A stretch of 64,000 nucleotides of DNA, from IMG/VR virus record IMGVR_UViG_3300023184_000097, one strand, 5' to 3'. The notes under the pieces are model-generated. The model ran no database searches. It was not told where the DNA came from and saw only the letters and a program-made list of their open reading frames with translations. Source of the DNA: an uncultured virus (IMG/VR IMGVR_UViG_3300023184_000097) (Duplodnaviria > Heunggongvirae > Uroviricota > Caudoviricetes). The translations under genes were made by a program, and so were the position numbers. This document shows, piece by piece, positions 10,440 through 19,808 of the stretch (position 1 is its first letter; each line of letters begins with the position of its first letter).

Positions 10440-10471
10440 TATATATCAGAATGCGATCGTATTGATATATA
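10440..10471. promoter_or_regulatory. Back-to-back GATATATA putative late promoters
   Basis: TATATATC at 10440-10447 and GATATATA at 10464-10471, each a few nt from a divergent ATG. Confidence 0.65.
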
Positions 10472-10476
10472 GTATT

Positions 10477-11571
10477 ATGAAGAATTTGATAACATATAAG
10501 ATTTTTGAAGCTGTCTCTAAACTACATCCCGATGCTGAAGAATTTCTAGAAGAAATTGAGAAATCACCTTATAAGAAAATTCTTGACTCCTGGTTTACAT
10601 TCACACCAAAAAGAACAGGAAGGATTGCAATAAAGGGTCAATCTATGCCTTCTCAAGCATGGTTTGAAAAAAACGGAGCTGGTAATTGGTATTATACATA
10701 CGCAGCTACTGGGCGTTATTACGGCAGACAGGACGGGGATCTCCAATATTTATTCATTAACCTTATTAAGGACGCCGTTAAGAAAGGCGCACCATCATAT
10801 TTCAATAGAAAAGATTTAAAAGATGCTTTGGATGATAATGATTGGTTTTTTTCTAATATTGATAGTGATTATTCTGGTATTTTTAAAAAAATAAAGAATA
10901 AGATTTTGGGCGAGTCCGGTATTGTGGATAATTTTAAAAATTTAGATTTACCGTTTTTAAATAGATTGAAAGAACTTGGATTGGCCAAAGTTGATAATGG
11001 TAAACTTCTTCATTTTGGTGAAATACATGTGGAATTTATGGAAGATTTAGCACGCGCATCAGCTAATTTTTTAAACACCGAACAATGGCAAAATATTAAT
11101 CTAATATTGGGATTCCAAAAAAATTCAACACGTATGACAACTCGTCTAGATAATACCAGGTTTTTTGCGTTCTATCCAAAGGGTAATGGGGCGAAAATAA
11201 AAACATACAAAAATAAGGTTAATTGTGAAATCGGGCTTAGTGATGAACAAGAGGTTGTCCAGAAAATTCATGATATCATTAAGAAGTATACCAAGAAGAA
11301 TAATATTGGCTACCGCGATTTATCTAGGATTGGCTCACCATCAAAAGAATCAATCGAAATAGTTAACATCTTATATCACTCATTATTAGATTCAGCTCTA
11401 AATACAGAAAACACAAAAATGGAAACCCCTTTAGACGATTATTTCAAAAAGAATCCACTTAAATTATATCTTCTCGATCCTTTACCACAAATGAAAGCTG
11501 ATATTATTAAAAGGACAGGAATAAGAGACTTGAGTAACGTAGGAAGTCTACTTGCTAGAAATATGTTTTAG
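10477..11571 (+). CDS. Hypothetical protein (MKNLITYKIFE motif)
   Basis: Long ORF; start at the ATG after GATATATA. Confidence 0.7.
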   Translation: MKNLITYKIFEAVSKLHPDAEEFLEEIEKSPYKKILDSWFTFTPKRTGRIAIKGQSMPSQAWFEKNGAGNWYYTYAATGRYYGRQDGDLQYLFINLIKDAVKKGAPSYFNRKDLKDALDDNDWFFSNIDSDYSGIFKKIKNKILGESGIVDNFKNLDLPFLNRLKELGLAKVDNGKLLHFGEIHVEFMEDLARASANFLNTEQWQNINLILGFQKNSTRMTTRLDNTRFFAFYPKGNGAKIKTYKNKVNCEIGLSDEQEVVQKIHDIIKKYTKKNNIGYRDLSRIGSPSKESIEIVNILYHSLLDSALNTENTKMETPLDDYFKKNPLKLYLLDPLPQMKADIIKRTGIRDLSNVGSLLARNMF

Positions 11572-11708
11572 TTATTTACTAACAGTGACTTTAATATAGC
11601 GGATGCCATATTAACTTTTCTAATCCAGAATGCCTGCTATTGACGAAATGATAAAATCAAATGCTTTTGCATTTTATCATGATATATAGAGAAAATAAAA
11701 GAATAACA

Positions 11709-12059
11709 ATGCAAAATATTAAAATGTACGAAAACTTCGTAAACGAATCTCCTGAAATGTCTAATGTTCCACAATTAAGAACTCAAAATTCTGATGTTGC
11801 CATGCCAGTTAACAACGAGCAACCTGTAACCAGAGAGCAAGAAGCTATGAGAGCAAGACTTGAAGCTGATGTTAAAAGAATGTACCCTAACCTATCAATT
11901 AGACACACACAAGACGGACAATCAGGTGTAGCAATAGATAACAATGTAATTTACGCTTCGGATCATTACGAAGCTTTTAACGCATTTCTATTCGGCCTTG
12001 TAATGGCTAAGATGCAAGAGGGAAGAGGCGGAAACGATAGAATGCCAACCAGATATTAA
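11709..12059 (+). CDS. Hypothetical protein (MQNIKMYENF motif)
   Basis: ATG after GATATATA (11681). Confidence 0.6.
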   Translation: MQNIKMYENFVNESPEMSNVPQLRTQNSDVAMPVNNEQPVTREQEAMRARLEADVKRMYPNLSIRHTQDGQSGVAIDNNVIYASDHYEAFNAFLFGLVMAKMQEGRGGNDRMPTRY

Positions 12060-12061
12060 TC

Positions 12062-12889
12062 ATGATAGACGTAAAATACGGATTTGAAATAGAGGATGTA
12101 AGGAGGTTCATTGAGAAGCTTACCCCTTGCAAGAAGGTGACATTCATAACCACATCTAGCAGAAGCCCGTATGTGGAGAAGTTCGGTGAAAGTCCAAAAT
12201 CTTCTCAGTTAGCTAGAAATCTGGCAGGGAAGCTAAAGCAACGTGATGTTAAGGTTGAGATTATAGATGCTGCCAAATTGAATATACATAACTGTTTAGG
12301 CTGTGTTAGCGAACTTCATGGTAATAACTGCGGTGTTAAAGAATCAGCTGTTAAAGACGATGTAAAGAACCCACACGGACATCTTAGATGCTGGGCTTCA
12401 CATGACTTTGAAGATGATGAGCTTTATAAGATAGCAAACGCAATCTATGATAGCCAGGCAGTTATTTTCTTTGGGTCTCAAAGATGGGGAAGTGTTAATG
12501 CGATCTATCAAAAAGTAATAGAAAGACTTGATTGGATGGAGAATATGCACTCAACACTAGGTGAAAAAAGCACGATTGATAATATAATGGCAGGTTTGGT
12601 TGTAATAGGCCAGAACTGGCAGGTTGATCAAAGTCTAACCACGCAGAAGAAAGTTCTAGAATTCTTTGGATTTCAGGTTCCAGAAGAACTTTATATGGGT
12701 TGGCAATACACAAGAGATGCTAATGAAGAATCCACTGAATCTTATCGAGATGCAGTAGATACTTTTGAAATTGCTTGGAACACCCCACTATTTCATTGGG
12801 AGAAGGAGAAAGGAACTGAATTGAGCACTGGCGAGAAACCAAACGAGTCTCAATCTTTCAGAACTTTTGAAGAATTTAGAAACAAATAA
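12062..12889 (+). CDS. Flavodoxin-fold NAD(P)H-dependent FMN reductase / iron-sulfur flavoprotein-like protein
   Basis: TTSSRS phosphate loop, NIHNCLGC...C...C cysteines, AVIFFGSQRWGS, KVIERL. Confidence 0.7.
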   Translation: MIDVKYGFEIEDVRRFIEKLTPCKKVTFITTSSRSPYVEKFGESPKSSQLARNLAGKLKQRDVKVEIIDAAKLNIHNCLGCVSELHGNNCGVKESAVKDDVKNPHGHLRCWASHDFEDDELYKIANAIYDSQAVIFFGSQRWGSVNAIYQKVIERLDWMENMHSTLGEKSTIDNIMAGLVVIGQNWQVDQSLTTQKKVLEFFGFQVPEELYMGWQYTRDANEESTESYRDAVDTFEIAWNTPLFHWEKEKGTELSTGEKPNESQSFRTFEEFRNK

Positions 12890-13018
12890 AATAAGCTATA
12901 GTAAGGAGAATATTTAAATACAATTCGTATTAACATTCGGATAGAATAATCCTTCTGATGGGGATTTAAACCGGTAGGAAGACGTATTTAATATATCTTA
13001 CATTATTTGTGTTAACAC

Positions 13019-13050
13019 AAAAATGGTCTGATAATTATCAGACCATTTTT
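13019..13050. terminator. Bidirectional terminator-like hairpin
   Basis: AAAAATGGTCTGATAA/TTATCAGACCATTTTT perfect palindrome between convergent genes. Confidence 0.7.
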
Positions 13051-13068
13051 ATTTCCGATGGTTATCTC

Positions 13069-13470
13069 TTATTCGAAAGTGATAACGATCTTAGCCCCAG
13101 ACTGTTTAGCTAATTTCGATAAGCTAGCAAAATCAGCATGAATGTTTGATTGCTTAACCTCCCGTGGCTTTCTAACATTCTTAGTAGCTTGATTGGGCTG
13201 AATTGTAGATTTAAATCCTTTACTGGTTTTTGTCCCCAGTGTTGTTGGCGCAAATACGTTCTGTCCCCTTGAAGAAGCTAAACGCCCTTTGATGCCTAAC
13301 ATACATTTACGTCCCCAAACCGATGCCTTAGTACGACCTAATGCAATTGCAATCTGAGCAGTTGTTGATTTATTAGATGCCATTTCTTTTAGAAGTGAAT
13401 CATCTTTTTTTGTCCATAAAGCGTTATTGGACGGTGCTTTCGGATTAACCGGATTTTTTGTGTAAGCCAT
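13069..13470 (-). CDS. Basic HTH (Myb/GcrA-like) DNA-binding protein
   Basis: WTKKDDSLLKEM...AQIAIALGRTKASV motif; early promoter at 13495-13528. Confidence 0.6.
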   Translation of the reverse strand: MAYTKNPVNPKAPSNNALWTKKDDSLLKEMASNKSTTAQIAIALGRTKASVWGRKCMLGIKGRLASSRGQNVFAPTTLGTKTSKGFKSTIQPNQATKNVRKPREVKQSNIHADFASLSKLAKQSGAKIVITFE

Positions 13471-13572
13471 ATTTAATTGTTTAAGATTATAAAGCAAATA
13501 TAAGATCGGGTTGCGGTGTAAAAAAAAATTAACATGTATTTTTTTGAATATATAAAAAAACTAAACCCCTAA

Positions 13573-13971
13573 ATGATACACAATTGGAAAGAATGGAATT
13601 CATTAAACGAAACGATAAGTCCAAATGAGCTTGATTTGTTGGAAGATTATGTGGATAGACTTTTTAAAGAACTTAATCTTGATGTGAAATTCAGTAGACA
13701 CTTCAGGGAGAGAGCTAACGATCCTAGAAATAGACCTCCAATCACTACACATGAGCTTATCGATCTATTTAAAAGAGCTTATGAGAAGGCAGGAAAGAGA
13801 ATCTCTGAAATGCCGCCTAAAGCTGAAGCTGTGCTTCAAGATATGAGAACTAACTTAAATACACCCTTTACTATTGAATTTGACCCCGATAAGGGGGGAC
13901 TATACCTTGTTCTTAAGACTATAATAAGAAAAAAAGACTTTATGACCACTAACAATAAAATAGTAATCTAA
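13573..13971 (+). CDS. Hypothetical phage protein
   Basis: 132-aa ORF, FSRHFRERANDPRN...KTIIRK. Confidence 0.6.
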   Translation: MIHNWKEWNSLNETISPNELDLLEDYVDRLFKELNLDVKFSRHFRERANDPRNRPPITTHELIDLFKRAYEKAGKRISEMPPKAEAVLQDMRTNLNTPFTIEFDPDKGGLYLVLKTIIRKKDFMTTNNKIVI

Positions 13972-13984
13972 ATTAATAATACCA

Positions 13985-14254
13985 ATGGCAAACAAAAAAG
14001 AAAGATCGATAGAGGTGATAAATTACGAAGGACCAGTTCTTAAATTAATAGAATCGGGATCAGAGGTAATTGCTGTTGATCAATGGGATAAACCAATTGC
14101 AAAATTAAACCTCGTTAGTCTGCTATCATACATAAGAGGTGAGATTAGCCTCTATGACTCAAAGGGAAAGGAATGGCATTATCCAAGTCAGCACGAAGAA
14201 TCTAGGACTGACATTAATAAGTTGATGGAATTTTTTCAAAAATTAAAAGCTTAA
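13985..14254 (+). CDS. Hypothetical protein
   Basis: ORF track. Confidence 0.55.
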   Translation: MANKKERSIEVINYEGPVLKLIESGSEVIAVDQWDKPIAKLNLVSLLSYIRGEISLYDSKGKEWHYPSQHEESRTDINKLMEFFQKLKA

Positions 14255-14368
14255 GTATATAAACTGTTTTAGCTATCATACTTATTGTTCCTGCAATAAT
14301 CTGGGACTGGACAGCAACGGTATTTTTAATACTAGGCTATATTAAGTCGCGTAAGAATTTGGTACGTG

Positions 14369-14412
14369 TAGTCAGGATGTTGCAGCCTAATCAATCAATC
14401 AGCCACCTGACT
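14369..14412 (-). ncRNA. Mini tRNA-like element (acceptor stem only)
   Basis: AGTCAGGTGGC...TCCTGACTA ends match the tRNA-like elements at 15938 and 16107; interior deleted. Confidence 0.45.
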
Positions 14413-14608
14413 ATATTTTCCACCAATTGTCTCCGTAAGTGCCAGGACATAGCTTATTGAGAAGAATGTACATTTGGCTAATCTCGTTCTCGATATCAGT
14501 TGATTTATCCATTAAAGGGGTAATAGTGTTTTTGCTAGGACTCGCAATATTTATTTAATTTTAGCAAAAATGATATAATCCTACGGGATAAAAAAATAAA
14601 ACCCACAA

Positions 14609-14634
14609 AAAAAGCACTCTAGAGTGCTTTTTTT
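14609..14634. terminator. Terminator-like hairpin
   Basis: AAAAAAGCACTC-TA-GAGTGCTTTTTT. Confidence 0.65.
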
Positions 14635-14890
14635 AATTAATAGGTAACAATTAAATGCTGGAAACAATCCAATGGAAAAGCATACCAATTACGAAACCTG
14701 CTGCAGCTAATATTACATAGAATGCAATGTTTCCGTTATTGCTAACTTGTCTTTTCGATCTTCCCCGATAAGAACTGTAATCCCAATTAATGCCATCATT
14801 TAACTCGACTACTGGTTTTTTCTTTTGCTTTGCCATGGCGTTAGGGTTTGTGTATTCTATTATTATTTGTTGGTATTTGTTTTGATTGTT

Positions 14891-15571
14891 CTATAACATA
14901 TTTCCTTCTTCGTCAAAAGTGTGACCCCCAGCTTCTAAATCGCTGGCTATCGTTTCGTCAGAGCTTAATTCATCGTAATACTTTTCAAGATCTCTATAAA
15001 GATCTTTGCTTTTATCTCTTGCCCAGTCAGTAATTGTGGGTTCTATTCTGTCGCACACATCGTTAACATCAATCTCTATAATCATACCCAAGCCCAGATC
15101 AAGTTCGATCTCCTCGTCTCCATCAACCTCAACGTTTGCTGAGATCGTGTTGTGGTGATAATAGTTTCTATCATTTCTCAGTATAGTAATGTAGATATTT
15201 TCCGCAATTGAATCCAATGTGGTATCAAATTTTTTTGAAGCCTTATCACCAAGTCCTACTGATGCAGGGGTTATCCCAATAGCCTTTAGAAATGTTTTAT
15301 TGTCGTTAACCTTTCCTGTAAAAGAAGCTCCATCACCTTGTGAGTTGAATCCTGAGAACTGGCAATCAATATCTGTCATGCCGATCTCCTCCATTTCTTC
15401 GGTGAATCCCTCTATAATAGGATCCCACCAATCGTAAGATTCTATGTTATAGTCTCTGTTACTATCGATGGCATTCTGTTTAGCCTCTGGTGATAGCTCG
15501 TCAAATGTATAAGATTTATCTCCGTCCGATTCGGAGAGATTTGAAAATTGGTTGTAGTTAAGGATATTCAT
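14891..15571 (-). CDS. Acidic conserved phage protein (YTFDELS...FSGFxSQGDGASF)
   Basis: 226-aa ORF; GATATATA at 15577-15584. Confidence 0.65.
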   Translation of the reverse strand: MNILNYNQFSNLSESDGDKSYTFDELSPEAKQNAIDSNRDYNIESYDWWDPIIEGFTEEMEEIGMTDIDCQFSGFNSQGDGASFTGKVNDNKTFLKAIGITPASVGLGDKASKKFDTTLDSIAENIYITILRNDRNYYHHNTISANVEVDGDEEIELDLGLGMIIEIDVNDVCDRIEPTITDWARDKSKDLYRDLEKYYDELSSDETIASDLEAGGHTFDEEGNML

Positions 15572-15597
15572 AATCCTATATATCCAATAGGGTGATT

Positions 15598-15915
15598 TTA
15601 AAAGCGTTTAGCGAGCTCGTTTATCTTTTCAATATCTTCATTAGATAAACGGTAATAAGATTCGCTAAGCTTAAGTAAACTACCTAAAAACTCATCGTGC
15701 ATGAATGTATTGTTAGAAGATCTCAGGGAACCGATTGTTGCTTGGTAATCCTGGGGAAAGTGCTCCTTAATGCTCTTGATTAACTTTTTCTCAAGCTCAG
15801 AGTCATCTGCACATTCCTCGACTACTAAATCGATTAATTCAATTTTTTCTCTTGTACTGCATTCGATTACGAATTCGATTGGATCTATGTCCACTTCTGT
15901 GCTAAAATCTGCCAT
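15598..15915 (-). CDS. Hypothetical protein
   Basis: ORF track. Confidence 0.6.
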   Translation of the reverse strand: MADFSTEVDIDPIEFVIECSTREKIELIDLVVEECADDSELEKKLIKSIKEHFPQDYQATIGSLRSSNNTFMHDEFLGSLLKLSESYYRLSNEDIEKINELAKRF

Positions 15916-15937
15916 ATTGTTTATAATTTATTTTTAG

Positions 15938-16007
15938 CAGTCAGGACAGGAATCGAACCTGCTCTCGCCCTTATGATCGGGTGCGTATGCCAACACGCCA
16001 CCTGACT
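15938..16007 (-). tRNA. tRNA-like gene, CAT in a defective anticodon arm (possible pseudo tRNA-Met/Ile2)
   Basis: Acceptor AGTCAGG/CCTGACT, D arm GCGT/ACGC, T arm GCAGG-TTCGATT-CCTGT; anticodon stem only about 3 bp. Confidence 0.6.
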
Positions 16008-16106
16008 ATTTTTAAAAACAGACCTTAAAAGACGTATTATTCTTCTCATTATCCTTCTAGATGGGAAGCGCGGGTCTGTTTTTAATATTATTCAAAAAAC
16101 TTTTTG

Positions 16107-16191
16107 TAGTCAGGACAGGATTTGAACCTGCATATTCCTTACTCATTACTAAGATGGGCCCAGGAAACCTTTCCGGTTCGGACACCTGACC
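16107..16191 (-). tRNA. tRNA-like element with non-canonical D/anticodon region
   Basis: Acceptor GGTCAGG/CCTGACT and T arm GCAGG-TTCAAAT-CCTGT intact; centre does not form a standard anticodon arm. Confidence 0.5.
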
Positions 16192-16378
16192 ATTTGTTAC
16201 CTATTAATTATACTCAAATATAAGAAACCGTTTCGATTATAAAAAATTTTTTTGGAAAAAAACCAAGCTTTTTCCGATATATAGATAGAATAACTCGAAT
16301 TACACAGATTTTTTCCACTATGAGGTCAATTTGTGAAAATATTTTCCACTATGGACGATTCTAACAGTAAAACAACTA

Positions 16379-16585
16379 ATGAAATTAAAGAGACTAAAAA
16401 CCATAGCACTCATGCTGGCAACGTTTTTCAATCCCCTGGGATTCGATGCACTCTTTGCGATAATTACAAAGTGGACGGGATCGTATTTAATCACAGACAT
16501 CTTATTGTATTTGGCGTCTGCTTCCTTCTTTGCACTATATTTCTTTCTTGTAAAAATTGAAAAAGAAAAGGGATCAGCAGAATAA
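16379..16585 (+). CDS. Small membrane protein
   Basis: Two hydrophobic segments, FFNPLGFD motif; start uncertain. Confidence 0.5.
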   Translation: MKLKRLKTIALMLATFFNPLGFDALFAIITKWTGSYLITDILLYLASASFFALYFFLVKIEKEKGSAE

Positions 16586-16620
16586 GCTAACCCCTCTCTT
16601 GGTGTTTGAATTGGCTCCTT

Positions 16621-16989
16621 TTATTCTTCTGTGTAATCGTCTCCGTCATGAGCTTCTTCTAGAGCTGTCTTAACAAAATCTTGTTCTGCTAGATATTTTT
16701 CTATTATTCCCAATACTACCGGATTTTTAACCGGTATGTAGGTGTCAAGCACGTCAACATCAAGATTGTTTATTGATATGACAACGTCCTCTACCGTAAC
16801 ACCGCCTCCGATGTTACGAAATCCGTGTCCTTCTTCCCGGGAAGGAGCTTCGTAGTAGGTTCTCCCCTCAGCTTGAAAATCAGCTATAAAATTGAATCCT
16901 TCATAACTAAATTCTTCACCCTCTAAATCTACCATGGTGTTTTTAGTTATACCCTCGTTTAATTTTTCAAATTCTTTTATGTGTCTCAT
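16621..16989 (-). CDS. Hypothetical protein (MRHIKEFE motif)
   Basis: ORF preceded by GATATATA (17012-17019). Confidence 0.6.
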   Translation of the reverse strand: MRHIKEFEKLNEGITKNTMVDLEGEEFSYEGFNFIADFQAEGRTYYEAPSREEGHGFRNIGGGVTVEDVVISINNLDVDVLDTYIPVKNPVVLGIIEKYLAEQDFVKTALEEAHDGDDYTEE

Positions 16990-17280
16990 AGGATAAGTTA
17001 TTTGTTTTTGCTATATATCAAAAAATATTCAGTGACTAATCTTGTAATCGCGGAAACCCGAATCTTTAAATAAACGTTTTGTCTTTTTAATTAATGTCTC
17101 CATCTAGAAGAAAAAAAAGGCATTTTTTTAAGTTTTCATCTTCTAGTTCTACAAAAAGATCCTTGGGTGGCTTATTTCTTATAAGTTTAAATATATTCTG
17201 AACGGTTTCTTCCCCATATGTTATAGTGGCCTCTGCCACCGTATGTGACTTTATTATTGTTGCTTTTATCATTTTTTTTA

Positions 17281-17588
17281 TATTAAACACCAAAGAAAAC
17301 GCACAAGTCTTTAGCTTCTGTGATGAATTTGGTAATTATTTTAGTAAAAATATCAAAAAAGTTCCAAAAACCACAGAGGAGGAAAACATTTTTTGATATA
17401 TAAGATGTTAGATTTTTTTAATTTTCTAACATCGGCAGGGACTGTCGATTACAGACGTGGAGCAAAAATAAGACCTGATTAGCTAACCAATTATTTGGCA
17501 GTCTAACATAAGGCAAAAGCAATGAAACGTCTAAAAAGAAGGGGCTTGTCTCCCGAAACCCGTTAGTCTTTAGCTAAGGGGTAGTTCA
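17281..17588 (+). mobile_element. Non-autonomous IS605-derived miniature element retaining both ends and an omegaRNA-like segment
   Basis: CAAAGAAAACGCACAAGTCTTTAGCTTCTGTGATGAATTTG matches the IS left end; GAAACCCGTTAGTCTTTAGCTAAGGGGTAGTTCA matches its right end; no ORF. Confidence 0.85.
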
Positions 17589-17641
17589 TTGTTATATTAA
17601 ATATAGGGTTAAAGTAGTTCATGCTGTAATGATATATAACT

Positions 17642-18234
17642 ATGATGAAAAATCTTAAAACATTTACCTTATTTGAGTCTTCTTCGTATAATTATACGAT
17701 TGATGATGTTAAAAAGTTGCCATTATTTAATCTATTGCAAAAGCTTGGGTTTTATGATTCAACATCAGCTGCAATATGGAAACATGGTAATATGAGGATT
17801 TATAACGATGTTCTTCATATGAGTGAGCCTGCTGAATCCATAACTATCTATGGAAATGGTCCAGTCAGAAAAACTGTTAAAAAAACTTTCAAAGTAGGTT
17901 CGGCAGTACCAGTTCACAACATATACTGAAAAGATTCAATTCAAATATCTCTTCATTAACAGACTGGAATATCAGATTTGCTTATTTATTTAACTGGGCT
18001 AGAAAAAGATATGCTAAACAAGGATTAGCTTTTGATTTATCTAAAATTCCTAATATAGAAAGTTATCTGGAATCTATCTACAAAGAGGATATCTCAATTT
18101 TTATGAGCATATATAAAGATTTAGACCCAAGATCTAAATCTTTGTTTCTGAAAAAAATAGGGAAGACAGAGGATGATCTGAATAAATTAGTTGCTCTTTC
18201 TAATAGAGCCTCTGATATCATGAGATGGGCTTAA
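17642..18234 (+). pseudogene. Frameshifted hypothetical gene (MKNLKTFTLFE motif)
   Basis: Frame 1 stops at 17929, but an open frame from the A7 run (17879-17885) continues to TAA at 18232-18234. Confidence 0.65.
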
Positions 18235-18656
18235 TCGTTTCTCCTTAAGTCCCTTTCAATATCTTTTTTCTTAATTGATTCCCTTTTATCGTAAAGCTTT
18301 TTACCTTTAGCTAAAGCTATTTCCATTTTTAATCTATTCCTTTCATCTGAGAATATCTTAACTGGTATTATGGTTAATCCCTTGTCCAGGGAGGAGCTTA
18401 GTTTTTTTAGCTCTTTCTTTCTAAGTAGAAGCTTCCTATCTCTAAGAGCTTCGTGTTCAAATGCTCCAGTACCTGGTGTTATCCCCAGTCCTTTTACCCA
18501 AAGCTCGCCGTTATTAAAAATACAATACGAGTCAACCATAGAAGTCTTTCCGCTTTTGATTGCCTTTACCTCTGTGCCTAATAGGCATATCCCTGCAGTA
18601 TAGGTGTCAATAAACGTGTATTCAAATTTGGCTTTTCTGTTAAGTATTGATTTCAT
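18231..18656 (-). CDS. smpB: SsrA-binding protein SmpB
   Basis: NRKAKFEY, AGICLLGTEVKAI, RDRKLLL, ALAKGKKLYDKRE. Confidence 0.95.
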   Translation of the reverse strand: MKSILNRKAKFEYTFIDTYTAGICLLGTEVKAIKSGKTSMVDSYCIFNNGELWVKGLGITPGTGAFEHEALRDRKLLLRKKELKKLSSSLDKGLTIIPVKIFSDERNRLKMEIALAKGKKLYDKRESIKKKDIERDLRRND

Positions 18657-18662
18657 TATTGA

Positions 18663-19346
18663 CTATTTTTTCTTAACGTCTTTTTTTACAACAACCTCAT
18701 CGATGATTCCGTATTTAACTGCTGCATCAGCACTTAACCAAAAATCTCTTGTTGCATCTTTCATTACCTGTTCTGGCTTCTTCCCACAGTAACCCCCAAG
18801 AAGATCGAAAAGAATCTTATTACACTCCTCCCATTCTTGCATGTCGATTTTAGCGTCTTGAATGTTTCCTCTGAACCCGCCACTTGATTGGTGTAACATC
18901 ACTTTGCTGAATCTAAGTGAGCTACGCTTTCCTTTTGTTCCAGCTCCAAGTAAAACCGATCCCATTGAAGCTGCCATTCCTGTATTAACCGTTCTGATGT
19001 CTGCTGAGATGTATTCCATTACATCAATCATAGATAAACCAGACTTAACAGATCCACCTGGCGAATCGATGTGCATGGTAATATCTCTGCTATCAACAGA
19101 ATCTAAAAACATCAGCTGTGCTTGAACCACAGTTGACATGTTATCGTTAACTTCACCAGCAACCCAAATTATTCTATCCATTAGCATTCTTGAAAAAATA
19201 TCAATTTGGGTTGCCCTCAATTCTCTTTCCTCTAAGATATAAGGGGTCATCGACGATTGAATTTGTTTATCGAAATAATCTAATTTTAATGGGGTAATCC
19301 CATACTCGCTTTTAGCGTACTTTTCAAATTCTGATTTATAGTTCAT
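18663..19346 (-). CDS. clpP: ATP-dependent Clp protease proteolytic subunit
   Basis: DIFSRMLMDRII, IDSPGGSV, GMAASMGS (Ser), MLHQ (His), RDFW (Asp). Confidence 0.95.
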   Translation of the reverse strand: MNYKSEFEKYAKSEYGITPLKLDYFDKQIQSSMTPYILEERELRATQIDIFSRMLMDRIIWVAGEVNDNMSTVVQAQLMFLDSVDSRDITMHIDSPGGSVKSGLSMIDVMEYISADIRTVNTGMAASMGSVLLGAGTKGKRSSLRFSKVMLHQSSGGFRGNIQDAKIDMQEWEECNKILFDLLGGYCGKKPEQVMKDATRDFWLSADAAVKYGIIDEVVVKKDVKKK

Positions 19347-19354
19347 ATTTTATT

Positions 19355-19699
19355 TTAATTGTTTTCTTTTTTTAACTCATCCCACACCACTTTTGTTTCA
19401 TAAAAGCATTTGAGTTTAATTCCCTGCTCGACAAATTCCATTGCTTCGACTATGAGCCCCTTCCATTCTGTCTCGTAGTAACCCATATCAGATCCGGGTT
19501 GTCCCCCATATTTTGCTGTGGTGTAAGGTCCTCCCGGAGGATCGAACATTATAAGCTTATTGTCGTCAGTGACTGAAGTTCTATAAAAATCTGGGGAATA
19601 TCCAGACATTATAAATTCAGTTAAAGATATTCTTTCAACTACTATCGTATCCGAATGACGATTTACGTGACTTGATCTCTTGATATTATTTTCCATCAC
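19355..19699 (-). CDS. Hypothetical protein
   Basis: ORF track; early promoter at 19713. Confidence 0.55.
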   Translation of the reverse strand: MMENNIKRSSHVNRHSDTIVVERISLTEFIMSGYSPDFYRTSVTDDNKLIMFDPPGGPYTTAKYGGQPGSDMGYYETEWKGLIVEAMEFVEQGIKLKCFYETKVVWDELKKENN

Positions 19700-19808
19700 A
19701 GATTTATATGGGCAAAGATAAGAAATAATCCCGTTTATAAAAAATAAATTACCATATTATCAGGATCATTTATCGGTTAATCCAGTATAACTTATAAATT
19801 AATTAAAG

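Noticed and set aside
17879..17886. Programmed -1 frameshift at AAAAAAC
   Set aside because: The heptamer is not in the X-XXY-YYZ phase of the upstream frame
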